Assembly (NCBI GenBank): GCA_963740085.1
Contig: CAVUCU010000007.1
Span: 128,001 to 192,000 of the forward strand
Reading direction: 5' to 3'
DNA length: 64,000 bases
Source of the DNA: Nitrospirota bacterium
Lineage (GTDB): Bacteria; Nitrospirota; UBA9217
Each line of letters begins with the position of its first letter. Position 1 is the stretch's first letter. The position numbers were made by a program, and so were the translations under genes. Below, piece after piece: positions 38,622 through 49,751 of this stretch. Under the pieces are notes generated by a model. That model saw nothing but the letters and a program-made list of their open reading frames with translations, was not told where the DNA came from and ran no database searches.

Positions 38622-39204
38622 GGTGTAAAACCCTTTTCACGGTAGACAGAGATCGTTTACGTTCAGCGTTCTCACCGAGCGAATTATCCAGTGCGTCAGC
38701 ATGAGACAATGGAGCAATAAAAAACTATATCAAGAAGAAACAATCATGAAGCATGGAGGGCTGATCAGACCGCTCGGACATTCTCCGGAACAGATCGGAC
38801 GATCTGGCATTTGCAGGTAGATCGCCGGTAAGAGGAGTGAGCGCATACCGCGAGAAGAAACCACCATGAAAAGTTTTCGGATCCGTTGTCTCTTCATCAA
38901 TGCCTCCTCATTTACTATAACAGCAAAAGTCAGTCGACTACAATGTCATGAACCAGCTCGCGCACAAAGGTAGTGATCCCTTTGGAAAACCGATCTGTCA
39001 CAGGAGTACACTCCCTTCCCCGAAAAAAGGAGTTTCTTCACAACTGCCGGCCATATTCCCGCATGGGCATTTCGACTTGTTGCTTGATGACGCAGCTAGT
39101 GATCCGGGTCGTCTGCGTCTCAGGAATCTGTTAAAAAATAAGGAGCCGCCATTACTGACCGGCCCCCCTGAGGAGAGCGTTCAGAATATTTATTGAGAAG
39201 GACC

Positions 39205-41181
39205 TTACAGTTTTCCCTTCACCAGGTTATTCACCACCGATGGATCAGCCAGCGTCGAGGTATCGCCGAGTTCATCTATCTGGCCGTGCGCGATCTTCCG
39301 CAGGATGCGGCGCATGATCTTGCCGCTCCGCGTCTTCGGGAGTCCGGGCGCGAACTGCAGCTTGTCCGGAGTGGCGATCGGCCCGATGACCGAACGGACA
39401 TGACCGGTGAGTATCTTCTTGAGCTCATCGGTCGGCTTGAATCCGTCCTTGAGTGTCACGTAAACATAGATCCCTTCGCCCTTGATGTCATGCGGATAGC
39501 CGACCACTGCGGCCTCGGCGACCGCTTCGTGGCTGACGAGCGCGGACTCGACCTCGGCCGTGCCGAGCCGGTGTCCGGACACGTTGATCACATCATCTAC
39601 GCGGCCCATGAGCCAGTAATCGCCGCTCTCGTCCACCCGCGCGCCGTCACCGGTAAAGTACTTGCCCGGGAACCTGCTGAAGTAGACCTCTTTGATGCGC
39701 TTGTTCTCGGGATCGCCGTAGGTGCCGCGTAGCATGCCGGGCCAGGGCTTATTGATGCATAGGTATCCGCCCTCGTTTGCACCGGCCGGCGAACCGTCTT
39801 CTTTTACTACCTGGGGTACGACCCCGGGGAACGGTCTCGTTGCCGAACCTGGCTTAGCCGTGATCGCGCCGGGAAGCCCGGTGATCAGGATTCCGCCGGT
39901 CTCGGTCTGCCACCACGTGTCAACGATCGGTACTTTTTCCCTGCCCACAAACTTATGGTACCACATCCACGCCTCGGGATTGATGGGCTCGCCCACGCTT
40001 CCAAGGACCTTCAGGGACGACAACTCGTGGCTGGTCACCCACTTATCCCCTTCTTTCATCAGGGCGCGGATCGCCGTGGGTGCGGTATAGAAGATATTCA
40101 CCCGATGTTTGTCCACAATGTCCCAGAACCTGCCCGGATCGGGATAGCTCGGGATGCCCTCGAACATGAGCGACGTCGCTCCGTTCGAAAGCGGTCCGTA
40201 GAGGATATAGCTGTGGCCCGTGACCCATCCGATGTCGGCGGTGCAGAAGTGGATGTCCTCATCATGGTAGTCGAAGATCCACCGGAAGCTCAAATTGGTA
40301 TAGAGCATGTAACCAGCCGTGGTGTGCAGCACTCCCTTGGGTTTTCCCGTGGAGCCGGAGGTGTAGAGGATGAAGAGCGGGTCCTCAGCGTCCATCTTCT
40401 CGGGCTCGCAATAATTGGCGATGTCCTTCCCTGCCATCTCCTCATGCCACCAGGTGTCCCTGCCCGGTTCCATGTTTATCTTGCCCGTGCCTGCCCGCTG
40501 AACCACGATCATGTCCTTGACCGTCGGGCATTCAAGGATCGCCTCATCGGCGTTCGCCTTCAAAGGCACGTACCGGCCGCCACGGACCCCTTCGTCCGCG
40601 GTGATGACCATGGATGACTGGCAATCCTGGATGCGGTCACGCATTGCCTTCGCGGAAAAACCGCCAAACACCACGCTGTGTATCGCGCCCACCCGGGCGC
40701 AGGCCAGCATGGAGATGGCAAGCTCCGGGATCATCGGCAAATAGATGGTGACCCGGTCTCCCTTCTTGATGCCCTTCTTCTTGAGAACGTTGGCGAAGCG
40801 GTTCACCTCGGTGTAAAGCTGCTGGTAGGTGAAGGTCTTGTATTCCCCGCCATCTGACTCCCAGATGAGCGCCGCCTTGTTGCGCGTCGTAGTATTGATG
40901 AACCGGTCAAGGCAGTTCACCGAGGCATTCAACTTACCACCGCTGAACCACTTGATATACGGCTTGTGAAAATCATAGTCCAGGACCTTGTCCCACTTTT
41001 TGTACCACGTGAGGTTCTTCTCAGCCATCTCGGCCCAGAACTTGTCGGGCTCGTCTATGGACCTCTTGTAGATCTTTTCGTACTCCTTCATGCTCTTGAT
41101 ATGAGCTTTTGCGCTGAACTCCTTTGATGGGGGAAACTCTCTTTTTTCCGTTGATAGGACCTGGATGCTTTCATCAGCCAT
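39205..41181 (-). CDS. acs: Acetyl-CoA synthetase
   Basis: [31 protein letters not shown]; AGGAG RBS before MADES. Confidence 0.96.
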   Translation of the reverse strand: MADESIQVLSTEKREFPPSKEFSAKAHIKSMKEYEKIYKRSIDEPDKFWAEMAEKNLTWYKKWDKVLDYDFHKPYIKWFSGGKLNASVNCLDRFINTTTRNKAALIWESDGGEYKTFTYQQLYTEVNRFANVLKKKGIKKGDRVTIYLPMIPELAISMLACARVGAIHSVVFGGFSAKAMRDRIQDCQSSMVITADEGVRGGRYVPLKANADEAILECPTVKDMIVVQRAGTGKINMEPGRDTWWHEEMAGKDIANYCEPEKMDAEDPLFILYTSGSTGKPKGVLHTTAGYMLYTNLSFRWIFDYHDEDIHFCTADIGWVTGHSYILYGPLSNGATSLMFEGIPSYPDPGRFWDIVDKHRVNIFYTAPTAIRALMKEGDKWVTSHELSSLKVLGSVGEPINPEAWMWYHKFVGREKVPIVDTWWQTETGGILITGLPGAITAKPGSATRPFPGVVPQVVKEDGSPAGANEGGYLCINKPWPGMLRGTYGDPENKRIKEVYFSRFPGKYFTGDGARVDESGDYWLMGRVDDVINVSGHRLGTAEVESALVSHEAVAEAAVVGYPHDIKGEGIYVYVTLKDGFKPTDELKKILTGHVRSVIGPIATPDKLQFAPGLPKTRSGKIMRRILRKIAHGQIDELGDTSTLADPSVVNNLVKGKL

Positions 41182-41308
41182 GAAGAATTCTCCTTTCAAA
41201 ATGGGGGGAATAAATAAAAAGCGGTGAAGCGGGAGATTGAATGGTCCTGTTCCCCGTTCACCGATACACCGATGCAAGTATAGCAATATTTTCCGCAGTT
41301 GTCCTGAA

Positions 41309-41342
41309 AAAACCGGACACCCTGTTTCCAGGGCATCCGGTT
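41309..41342 (-). terminator. Hairpin/terminator after the symporter gene
   Basis: AACCGGAxxCCCTG / CAGGGxxTCCGGTT stem with an A-run on the plus strand. Confidence 0.55.
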
Positions 41343-41349
41343 GAACTGA

Positions 41350-43161
41350 TCATTTAAAATGTTCGATCTCTCTGGGATACCGGAGGTTCTGCACCATCTC
41401 CTGAACCTGCTGCGGCGGTTCCTTCGTCACCATCGAGATGACGAACATGACAATGAAGTTGATGCACATACCGATGGTGCCGATGCCTTCAGGCGAGATG
41501 CCCCAAAGCCAGTTGCTGGCATTGTTCGCCCCAGGATTGACGAACTTGAAGTAAATGATATACGCGGCGGTAAAGGCAATCCCGCTCAGCATGCCGAGCA
41601 TGGCGCCTTCCTTGGTTGCCCGCTTCCAGAAGATGCCCATGATGATCACCGGGAAGAAGGATGATGCCGCAAGACCGAAGGCAAAGGCCACGACCTGCGC
41701 CACGAATCCCGGAGGGTGGATGCCGAAATAACCGGCGATAACGACTGCCCCACCGGCCGAGGCCCTGGCCCAGATCAGTTCGCCTTTCTCCGAAATGTCC
41801 TTCTTTGCTATGGACTTGACAAGGTCATGTGAAATGGCCGCAGCGATAACGAGAAGCAGTCCGGCGGCAGTCGAAAGAGCAGCGGCCAGACCTCCCGCAG
41901 CAACAAGGGCGATGACCCATGCGGGGAGCTTCGCAATCTCAGGGTTGGCAAGCACCATGATATCATTATCGATATACAACTCGTTCGTACTTTTATCGTC
42001 TAGGGGCGTCGTAACAATGTTCTCGCCGTACTGGCCGACCTTAAATGCGCCAGCCGCGTCCTTCTCAAATGCGACCTTGCCCTTGAAGGCATTGCCTTTT
42101 GCATACTGGATCTTGCCGTCGTTGTTCTTGTCCTTCCAGGCGACCAAACCGGTTTTCTCCCAGTTCTTGAACCAGGACGGGGCCTCAGCATAGGTCTTGT
42201 TGTTCAACGTGTTTATCATGTTGATCCGGGCAAAGGAAGCAACTGCCGGTGCCGTGGTGTACAGGATTGCGATGAAAAGCAGTGCCCAGCCGGCCGAAGC
42301 GCGGGCGCCCTTGATCGTCGGTGTCGTGAAGAAGCGGATGATGATGTGAGGAAGACCGGCGGTTCCGACCATGAGCGCGAAGGTGATCATGAACACGTCG
42401 ATCGTGCTCTTCGCGCCTCCCGCAGTATAGGCCCTGAAACCGAGATCTATCTGGATCTGGTTAAGCTTTTCAAGCAGATAGCCACTGCCGGTCCCCAGAA
42501 TCTTCATGCCGTTCTCGCTCAGACTGCTGCCGTAGCCGAACTGTGGGATCGGGTTGCCGGTGAGCATGATCGAAATGAAGATCGCCGGGATCATGTATGC
42601 CATGATCAGCACGCAGTACTGCGCCACCTGTGTATAGGTAATGCCCTTCATGCCTCCCAGCACGGCATAGAAGAAGACGATGGCCATACCGATCAGAACG
42701 CCGGTGTTGATGTCCACTTCGAGGAAGCGCGAGAACACCACGCCCACGCCGCGCATCTGACCGGCGACATAGGTGAATGAAACGAAGATCGCACAGACCA
42801 AGGCTACGACTCTCGCGGACTGCGAATAATATCGTTCACCCACGAACATGGGGACCGTGTATTTCCCGTATTTGCGCAGGTAGGGGGCCAGGAGCATGGC
42901 AAGCAGCACGTAGCCGCCTGTCCAGCCCATGAGATACATGGAGCCGTCCCTGCCCATGAACGAGATAAGGCCCGCCATGGAAATAAAGGAAGCCGCCGAC
43001 ATCCAGTCGGCGCCGGTGGCCATACCGTTCAGTACCGGATGTATCTGCTTGGCAGCAACATAGAACTCACCCGTCGTCTTGGCCTTCGCCCAGAAAGCGA
43101 TGCCGATATAGAGGGCAAAGGATGCCCCCACAATAATCCACGTCCATGTTAATATATTCAT
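41350..43161 (-). CDS. Sodium:solute symporter (ActP-like, probable acetate permease)
   Basis: DWMSAASFISMAG, GTAGLPH, GGLAAALSTAAGLL; adjacent to acs. Confidence 0.9.
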   Translation of the reverse strand: MNILTWTWIIVGASFALYIGIAFWAKAKTTGEFYVAAKQIHPVLNGMATGADWMSAASFISMAGLISFMGRDGSMYLMGWTGGYVLLAMLLAPYLRKYGKYTVPMFVGERYYSQSARVVALVCAIFVSFTYVAGQMRGVGVVFSRFLEVDINTGVLIGMAIVFFYAVLGGMKGITYTQVAQYCVLIMAYMIPAIFISIMLTGNPIPQFGYGSSLSENGMKILGTGSGYLLEKLNQIQIDLGFRAYTAGGAKSTIDVFMITFALMVGTAGLPHIIIRFFTTPTIKGARASAGWALLFIAILYTTAPAVASFARINMINTLNNKTYAEAPSWFKNWEKTGLVAWKDKNNDGKIQYAKGNAFKGKVAFEKDAAGAFKVGQYGENIVTTPLDDKSTNELYIDNDIMVLANPEIAKLPAWVIALVAAGGLAAALSTAAGLLLVIAAAISHDLVKSIAKKDISEKGELIWARASAGGAVVIAGYFGIHPPGFVAQVVAFAFGLAASSFFPVIIMGIFWKRATKEGAMLGMLSGIAFTAAYIIYFKFVNPGANNASNWLWGISPEGIGTIGMCINFIVMFVISMVTKEPPQQVQEMVQNLRYPREIEHFK

Positions 43162-43251
43162 TCAATTCTCCTTTCAAGATACAGTGTCATCCACTGAGAA
43201 GGGCAGAAAGCTCTGCCGTATTCCGGCGGACACGGCCGCCGGGCGCCCACC

Positions 43252-43512
43252 CTACTTTTCGTGTACGTCGTATTTGATATCCAGATGGTTCATGAGCTTC
43301 ACATAGACGAGGATGAGGATCACGAAGATGACCTCTGATCCCTGGTTCGCGAACCAGAACCCCAGCGGGAAGCCGGCAATCTTGATAGTGTCCAGCGCGT
43401 CGGCAAAAATAATACCGCAGAGATAGGAAACAGTGAACCAGATGCTGAGCAGGATCACAATGTACGTCAGATTCTCCTTCCAGTACGCTGCTTGATTCAA
43501 TTTTGTAGCCAT
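43252..43512 (-). CDS. Symporter small subunit (DUF4212-like)
   Basis: YWKEN, GFPLGFWFANQGS, two TM helices. Confidence 0.88.
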   Translation of the reverse strand: MATKLNQAAYWKENLTYIVILLSIWFTVSYLCGIIFADALDTIKIAGFPLGFWFANQGSEVIFVILILVYVKLMNHLDIKYDVHEK

Positions 43513-43652
43513 ACGATTCCTCCTTTATACTCGCTTAGATTATGATCTTGCATATAGTCGCTGATAGTTCATACCTTGCTGATGCAATATCGTTTCTTCC
43601 CGTCACCCCCCTCCTGAAGAAAAAACATCCTATACAAGCTTCATGGACACTC

Positions 43653-44378
43653 TCACGGGCTTCCTATTCTGAGCAGATCGTCCACGGTCCTTATGCCCCA
43701 CTGCGGCAGTTCGCCGAGCATGCGCTGCAAGAGCTGAGCGGTAATGAACGCATCGCTCAGAGCATTGTGTGCATTCTGCACGGTTATATTATATTCTGCG
43801 GCGATCGAGAAGAGATCGCCCCTGTCCGGAGAACCGCCGTGATAGGCGCAACGGTCTTCTTTCCTGGCAGCGATCCAATTGTAGAGTTTGTACGTATCAA
43901 CCACCCGGTTCCTCAACGGCTTCCCGTACAGTTCCTTCATCTCCCGGTTCAGGAACTGGAGATCGATGGACACGACATGGCCTGCCATAAGCGAGTCATC
44001 GCAGAACTCAAGGAACTGCGGGAGCAGGGTGTCGATCCGGGGCGATCCAGCCGCTTCCGTGGGCGTGATCCCGTGGATGATCACGCTCCCCGCGGTCAGT
44101 GCCGTGCGGGGATCGACCTGGCCGTAGAACGTTTCTCCCAGGAGTATCCTCCCGCCGCGTACCTTCACGGCTCCGATCGAGACAATGGAATCCTTTTTTG
44201 CCTTGAGTCCGGTGAGCTCCGTATCGAAGACCACAAAGTTCGCGTTACGCAGGTCTTCAGCTTTATCTCCGGAGCGAAGCCCTGCGGACGACGTCCCTTG
44301 CCGCTGATCGGACTGACCTGCACCCGCCCCGTCCCTGCCGAAGAATGTGCTCGTATAGTGGATGAATGAACTTATCAT
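43653..44378 (-). CDS. DEDDh 3'-5' exonuclease-fold protein (DnaQ-like)
   Basis: FDTELTGL, GH..IDL, HNALSDA. Confidence 0.88.
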   Translation of the reverse strand: MISSFIHYTSTFFGRDGAGAGQSDQRQGTSSAGLRSGDKAEDLRNANFVVFDTELTGLKAKKDSIVSIGAVKVRGGRILLGETFYGQVDPRTALTAGSVIIHGITPTEAAGSPRIDTLLPQFLEFCDDSLMAGHVVSIDLQFLNREMKELYGKPLRNRVVDTYKLYNWIAARKEDRCAYHGGSPDRGDLFSIAAEYNITVQNAHNALSDAFITAQLLQRMLGELPQWGIRTVDDLLRIGSP

Positions 44379-46318
44379 TACATCACGGTCCCGGGACTAT
44401 ACTGCTTCGTAACAGCGTCCTGCATGCGGCTGAGGAACTGGCATGTTTCTTTCAGCGTTCTCTTCTCGAGGTTGGACAAGGCATCGGGATTGATGAAGTT
44501 ATCGGGTTCCTTGCCGTTCTCGATCTGTTCATACTGGTGATGGATCCTGAGGAGTATCAGAAAATCGAAGGCCTGCTTCATTTCTTCGCCGAACTCCTTC
44601 ACGACGGGATGGTTTTCCATGAGCGCGTCGATGCGCTCAAGCGTGGACGTTTGCGGCACTCCCTTCTCAAGACTATAAAGCCGGACAATGTCGAGGAAGG
44701 GGGCGATGCATTTGAACTTGAGGTTCAATTCATCCTTGTGCTCTCCCGTCTTTTCCACCACAAAGGTCTTGAAGAACCCGAGGGGCGGGTGAAGCATCAC
44801 CGCCATGTCCGCCATGCGCTTCAGGAAAATGTCATGCCCCTTCAGCGTCTCGCTCAAATGGCCCCGCAATGTTTCCGAAAGTACGGTATCGCCGTGGAGC
44901 CCCCGGAAATCGAACAGGATGGCAGAAAGCAAAATGGCCTCTGACGTGGGGGTGTAGATCCATTCCCGGAAATACTCCTTCCAGACGCTGAGCGGTTTCC
45001 TCCATTTGGGGTTGCTCGCCATGTAGCCGCCCGGGCAGGGGGGAAATCCGCACTGGACGAGCGATTCGATCACGAGGGCGGAAAATTTCTCAAAATACTC
45101 CTCAGCAGCCCGGGCCTCATCATCGGTTCCCGGGTCCGCATAAATGAGCCCGTTGTCCTGGTCCGTTTTGAATGTCTGTTCCTTACGACCCTCGCTGCCG
45201 TACACCAGCCAGCAGTAGGCGAGCGGCGGCGGTCCCAGTTTCCTCTCGGCGAGTTCGAGCACTTTCCGAACCAGCCGGTCATTTATTTCCGTAAAGACCT
45301 TGGAGATATTGCTCGCCTTGGCCCCTTCCTTCAGCAGGAGTCCCACGATGCCGTTGATCTTCTTCGAAACCGGGACCAGTCCCTCGATGGTCTGCTGGCT
45401 CTCAATGTCCTTGGTGAGCGAGAGCGGAGAGGTGCCCTGGAGCATCATCAGATCGTGGTTCGTGATCACACCCATAAGCCGGCCGTCCTTGATCACGAGG
45501 ATGTGGTGAATGTTATATTTGATCATTTTAAGGACTGCCTCAAAACAGTAGTCCTGCGCATCCACCCGGATGAGGGTAGTGCTCATGATGTTCTTCACCT
45601 TTTCTCCAATGTCCCTGCCTTTCGCGACGATCTTCTCCCGCAAATCACGGTCGGTCAAAACTCCCAATGGCAATTTGTTTCTGTCCATGATAATAATGGA
45701 ACTTATCCGGTTCTCGGACATGATGGCGGCCGCCTCCTGAACCGTCGTGTCCTCCTGCGTGGAAACCACGTTCTTGATCGCCAGGTCCCCCACCCGCGTC
45801 GTGAACAGAATGCGGTCGCTGCTGCTGTAAAACATGCTCTTGTCCTGCATTTCGCGGTAGGTTTTGTCGAGGTAACGGGTGATATGGGATTGAAGGAAGA
45901 ATTCAGTGAAGGAGAGATGCTGATCGAGCAGTTTCAAAACCATTTCCTGCCCCAGGAGGTAGCAGATCGTGTCATCGACAGCCACGACGTTGGTGCGCAC
46001 CCGGTCTTTGCCGACCATGGACAGGAAACCGAAGGTGTCCCCCTCCCCCCGATAATCGATGATAATCTCTCCGCCGTCTTCCGAAACCAGGACGATCTTC
46101 ACGCCTCCCTTTTTGATGATACGGAGCGCATCGCTCGGTGATCCGTCCTGTTTCAGAATCACCATGTACCTGGGGTAGAACTCCATGGACAGGTTTCGGG
46201 CAACGGCCTGGAGATCCGCATCGTCGAGGAACTGGAATGGCGGGACCTTCTTCAGGAAGGCAATCGCATCTTCAAGGATAATATTGTTTCCATGATTCGA
46301 CGTTGCGTGGGATTTCAT
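44378..46318 (-). CDS. cNMP-binding, CBS pair, DUF294 nucleotidyltransferase-like protein
   Basis: PPFQFL, LTDRDLR, GSEGRKEQTFKTDQDN, ILFDFR; start uncertain. Confidence 0.9.
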   Translation of the reverse strand: MKSHATSNHGNNIILEDAIAFLKKVPPFQFLDDADLQAVARNLSMEFYPRYMVILKQDGSPSDALRIIKKGGVKIVLVSEDGGEIIIDYRGEGDTFGFLSMVGKDRVRTNVVAVDDTICYLLGQEMVLKLLDQHLSFTEFFLQSHITRYLDKTYREMQDKSMFYSSSDRILFTTRVGDLAIKNVVSTQEDTTVQEAAAIMSENRISSIIIMDRNKLPLGVLTDRDLREKIVAKGRDIGEKVKNIMSTTLIRVDAQDYCFEAVLKMIKYNIHHILVIKDGRLMGVITNHDLMMLQGTSPLSLTKDIESQQTIEGLVPVSKKINGIVGLLLKEGAKASNISKVFTEINDRLVRKVLELAERKLGPPPLAYCWLVYGSEGRKEQTFKTDQDNGLIYADPGTDDEARAAEEYFEKFSALVIESLVQCGFPPCPGGYMASNPKWRKPLSVWKEYFREWIYTPTSEAILLSAILFDFRGLHGDTVLSETLRGHLSETLKGHDIFLKRMADMAVMLHPPLGFFKTFVVEKTGEHKDELNLKFKCIAPFLDIVRLYSLEKGVPQTSTLERIDALMENHPVVKEFGEEMKQAFDFLILLRIHHQYEQIENGKEPDNFINPDALSNLEKRTLKETCQFLSRMQDAVTKQYSPGTVM

Positions 46319-46848
46319 GTTCTCTACGTAAGCAAAATAAAGACCATATTTATGAATTGTAGAAAACTGTTTCCATTTCATTAGTTCCAATTATGCATGC
46401 TCACTGACTTACGGAAATTACAAGAAAATGCTGTTATTTACCTTTTCACGTTTTACTCGGCGACAATGCGATAAATTACATAAAATCAATATGTTTTGTT
46501 GTCTTCTCTGTAGCCTGTGACAAAAATAGCAGTAGAATGCATTATGGTGCATAATGGGAATTTATAGAGGTTCACACTTTATAAATATGGACTAAAAAAA
46601 ATTCTTCACCGCGAATTCATATGATGAAGTCATATACTTTAAGGCAGCCATCTCATCCGTAACTAATAGTAATATGCGCCGTGCAGGCAGGCTACTAAAG
46701 GTAACCGGGATGGCCGCCAGTAATTTCACACAGTATACTTAAACTATGCTTATAATAAATCATCGTGATCACGCATCTGTCCAATTCACTTAACAACGGC
46801 TCGATCATTTGTTAGTATTGAACGAACCAATTATTTGGGAAAGGTCAT

Positions 46849-47460
46849 ATGGCGGGAATAAACAAGTCTGGTGAAGACAAGGCGTGGGAGATACTTTCGA
46901 CGCTGAAGCCGGCGGATGTCTGTAAAGCAGCATCAGTTGTCTATGATGCGACGTCCATAAGTTACCAGGTGACGTCATTCGGCATGAACTTTATCGTTTC
47001 CGAGCGAGACAAAAGGTTCTCAAGCCCGGCTTCGGAGAGCGATGTGCTGCTCGGAAGGCTCGGTTCCTTCTTCCGGCTCTCTGTCCTTTGGTATCTGGTT
47101 AGTGCCAAGGACATTGCCTGCACCAACAGGACCGTGAAACTCGAACACATCAGGGGCGGCGAGATATTCACCAGGGGATCACATGTCCTGCCGCTCGACA
47201 GTGTCGCGAACAAGTATGGGAACAACCGGGAAGGATTTTTTGCAAAAGGGAAAGATCTTGGTGGTGAGATCATGACTTACGGGGACGCTTCGCTCCGGCT
47301 TGCGCCTTTGCCACGAATACCCGTCACCCTGGTGCTCTGGCTGGAGAACAACGAATTTCCCGCCCGTCTTGACCTGCTGTTCGATTCAACCTGTGTTATG
47401 CAATTGCCCACGGACATCATCTGGTCCATTGCCATGATGAGCGTACTGATCATGCTCTGA
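46849..47460 (+). CDS. DUF3786-like hypothetical protein
   Basis: PLPRIPVTLVLW..EFPARLDLLFD pattern. Confidence 0.7.
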   Translation: MAGINKSGEDKAWEILSTLKPADVCKAASVVYDATSISYQVTSFGMNFIVSERDKRFSSPASESDVLLGRLGSFFRLSVLWYLVSAKDIACTNRTVKLEHIRGGEIFTRGSHVLPLDSVANKYGNNREGFFAKGKDLGGEIMTYGDASLRLAPLPRIPVTLVLWLENNEFPARLDLLFDSTCVMQLPTDIIWSIAMMSVLIML

Positions 47461-47572
47461 TCCGGTCCGGTTTGAACTTACCCCCGTGAAGATCCGGATG
47501 GAAAACGCTGATGGACTTCCCGTACATCCTCCTCTGGTTTTTTGCGTGCACGCACCGGCCGGTCCGATACCG

Positions 47573-48043
47573 TCATCGATTGTTGTTCTTTTCAATTATC
47601 TGCTTCGCCATGGACGCGAGTACACCATCCGGGCTCACGGTAAATGGCTCGACGGCCTGAATCGCCCTCGGTCCGCCTATCTGTCCCAAGCTGCGGATCG
47701 CGCTCTTCATCACGACGGGCGACTGATCAACAGCAAGCAACTGTATGAGAGGCGAGATCGCCTCGCGGGAACCGATCATGCCCAGCGCTTTTACCGCGCT
47801 CTTCCGCACCCGCTCTTCCGGGTCGCTGAACATGGCGATAAGCCGCGGCACAGCCTCATGCGAACCAAGCTCCCCGAGGGAATAGGCGGCGTTGTTCCTG
47901 ACCGCCATGATTTTGTCGTCGAGCGCCTCTATCAAAGCCTTCTCGGCCCCCTTGCCCTTAAGCTTCCCGAGTTCGGCGGCGGCGTTCACCCGGACCATCC
48001 CGAGACCGTTCTTCAGATCATTGATCAAACGCTCAAGACTCAT
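47573..48043 (-). CDS. HEAT-repeat (PBS lyase-like) protein
   Basis: Repeated VRxxAAxxLGxLG; GGAGG RBS. Confidence 0.88.
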   Translation of the reverse strand: MSLERLINDLKNGLGMVRVNAAAELGKLKGKGAEKALIEALDDKIMAVRNNAAYSLGELGSHEAVPRLIAMFSDPEERVRKSAVKALGMIGSREAISPLIQLLAVDQSPVVMKSAIRSLGQIGGPRAIQAVEPFTVSPDGVLASMAKQIIEKNNNR

Positions 48044-48055
48044 CGCCTCCTCCTA

Positions 48056-48220
48056 ATCCGGACAAACCGGAACCAAATATGCCACACTGGCCAAGAAGAG
48101 GGCCACACTGAGACACGAAGACGCGAAGAAATTCATGCGGAGGTTGTAATTCAATAATTCCTTAATTCTTCGTGTTTTCTTTGAGTCTTGGAGCCTTCGT
48201 GGCTGAATTTTGTTTCCATT
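48056..48220 (+). repeat. Dispersed intergenic repeat, copy 3 of 3
   Basis: ATCCGGACAAACCGGAACCAAATATGCCAC...GAGCCTTCGTGGCTGAATTTTGTTTCCATT. Confidence 0.8.
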
Positions 48221-48252
48221 TTGAGAAGTTTTTTTATGTGCGGCGCGCATCC

Positions 48253-49602
48253 CTACCGTTCCCTCGGGATCCCCCACTTCTTTCTCTTCTCCCAGAGCGA
48301 TTTCCGGGTGATCCAGAGCATGTCCGCAAGCTGCTGTTCGTTGAACTGGCCCTGGTATCTCTGGATGAATGCCTTGGTGTATTCCTCGATGGAAAGCTTT
48401 TTGTCAAAGACCTCCGCCTCGAACGATGCCGCCGCCGTGAGCCCCGCGGGCAGATGTGCGGGGGCGATGACGTCGCCGTCGGAAACAAGGATGGCGCGCT
48501 CGATGACGTTCTGGAGCTCACGGACGTTCCCCGCCCACTCGTAGTTCATCATGAGCTCCAGGGAATCGGGCGCGAGCTCTTTGACGGGTCTCCCCATCTC
48601 GTGAGAGTATTTCTCCAGATAGTGCGTTACCAGCGCCTTGATGTCTTCTTTCCGTTCCCGGAGCGGCGGGATCTGGAGCGAGATGACATTGATCCGGTAA
48701 TAGAGGTCCTCGCGGAAGGCGTTCTGCTTTACCGCTGTCTTCAGGTCCTTGTTCGTCGCGGTGATGAACCGGATGTCGACCTTGCTGCCTTTGGTGCTGC
48801 CGACGGGGCGGATCACCTGGTCTTCGATGACCCGGAGCAGTTTGGCCTGGAGCGAGAGGCTCATGTCGCCGATCTCGTCGAGGAACACGGTGCCGCCCTC
48901 GGCTTCTTCGAGGATGCCTTTCTTGGTGGCGACCGCGCCGGTAAAGGCCCCGCGCACGTGGCCGAAAAGCTCGGTCTCGAGCAGGTTCTCGGGGATCGCG
49001 GAGCAGTTGATGGGGACAAAGGGCATGTCGCGGCGGGAGCTGTTGTGGTGGATGACCCGGGCAAAGAGCTCCTTGCCGGTGCCGGTCTCGCCGAGCAGCA
49101 GGACGCTGCTCTTGGCGTCCGTGACCTTCCGGACCTCGTCGAGGATGGCCCGAAGCGCCGGGCTCTCGCCGATGATGCTGCTGAAGTCGTGCTCCTTCCC
49201 GATCTCGCGCTTGAGCAGCACGTTCTCGGCCTGGAGGCTCTTCTGACGGAGGGCGTTCCGGACGACCTGCTTGATCTCTTCGTGGATGACCGGCTTCATG
49301 ATGTAGTCGTAGGCGCCCGCGCGGAGCGCTTTGATGGAGGTGTCGAGCGACGCATAGGCGGTGACGACGATGACGATCTGGTCCGGGTCCTGTTCCCGCA
49401 CCCGGGTGAGCATCTCGATGCCGTCCATGCCCGGCAGGATGATGTCCGTCAGGATGACGTCGTACACGCCGGTTTCAAGGAGGGCAAGGCCCTTCTCCGC
49501 CGACTCGGCCCCGTCCACCGTGTACCCTTCCTTGACAAAGATGCGCTTGATGGACTCACGCAGCGTCTCTTCGTCTTCTACGATCAAGATGTTCCTGGAC
49601 AT
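48253..49602 (-). CDS. Sigma54-dependent response regulator, CbrB-like
   Basis: REC domain (LIVED, TDI), [14 protein letters not shown]; C-terminal TRKSLWEKRKKWGIPR. Confidence 0.9.
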   Translation of the reverse strand: MSRNILIVEDEETLRESIKRIFVKEGYTVDGAESAEKGLALLETGVYDVILTDIILPGMDGIEMLTRVREQDPDQIVIVVTAYASLDTSIKALRAGAYDYIMKPVIHEEIKQVVRNALRQKSLQAENVLLKREIGKEHDFSSIIGESPALRAILDEVRKVTDAKSSVLLLGETGTGKELFARVIHHNSSRRDMPFVPINCSAIPENLLETELFGHVRGAFTGAVATKKGILEEAEGGTVFLDEIGDMSLSLQAKLLRVIEDQVIRPVGSTKGSKVDIRFITATNKDLKTAVKQNAFREDLYYRINVISLQIPPLRERKEDIKALVTHYLEKYSHEMGRPVKELAPDSLELMMNYEWAGNVRELQNVIERAILVSDGDVIAPAHLPAGLTAAASFEAEVFDKKLSIEEYTKAFIQRYQGQFNEQQLADMLWITRKSLWEKRKKWGIPRER

Positions 49603-49751
49603 CGAAGCCTCAATCAGAATAAAATGCAAAAGTCAAAATGCGAAAGGTAAAGTGCACCACCACATGAGACGCGGATGACAGGATTTCGTTCGGAGAAATC
49701 TTTTTGAGTTTCCTAAGCGGCCCTTTTCCTATAAGGCATGTGCCTCAGCGG

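Noticed and set aside
48172-49650. Long antisense ORFs (also 7261-8214, 11404-12456, 18152-19186, 29734-30957)
   Set aside because: Shadows of well-supported genes on the opposite strand in GC-rich DNA, with no motifs of their own.
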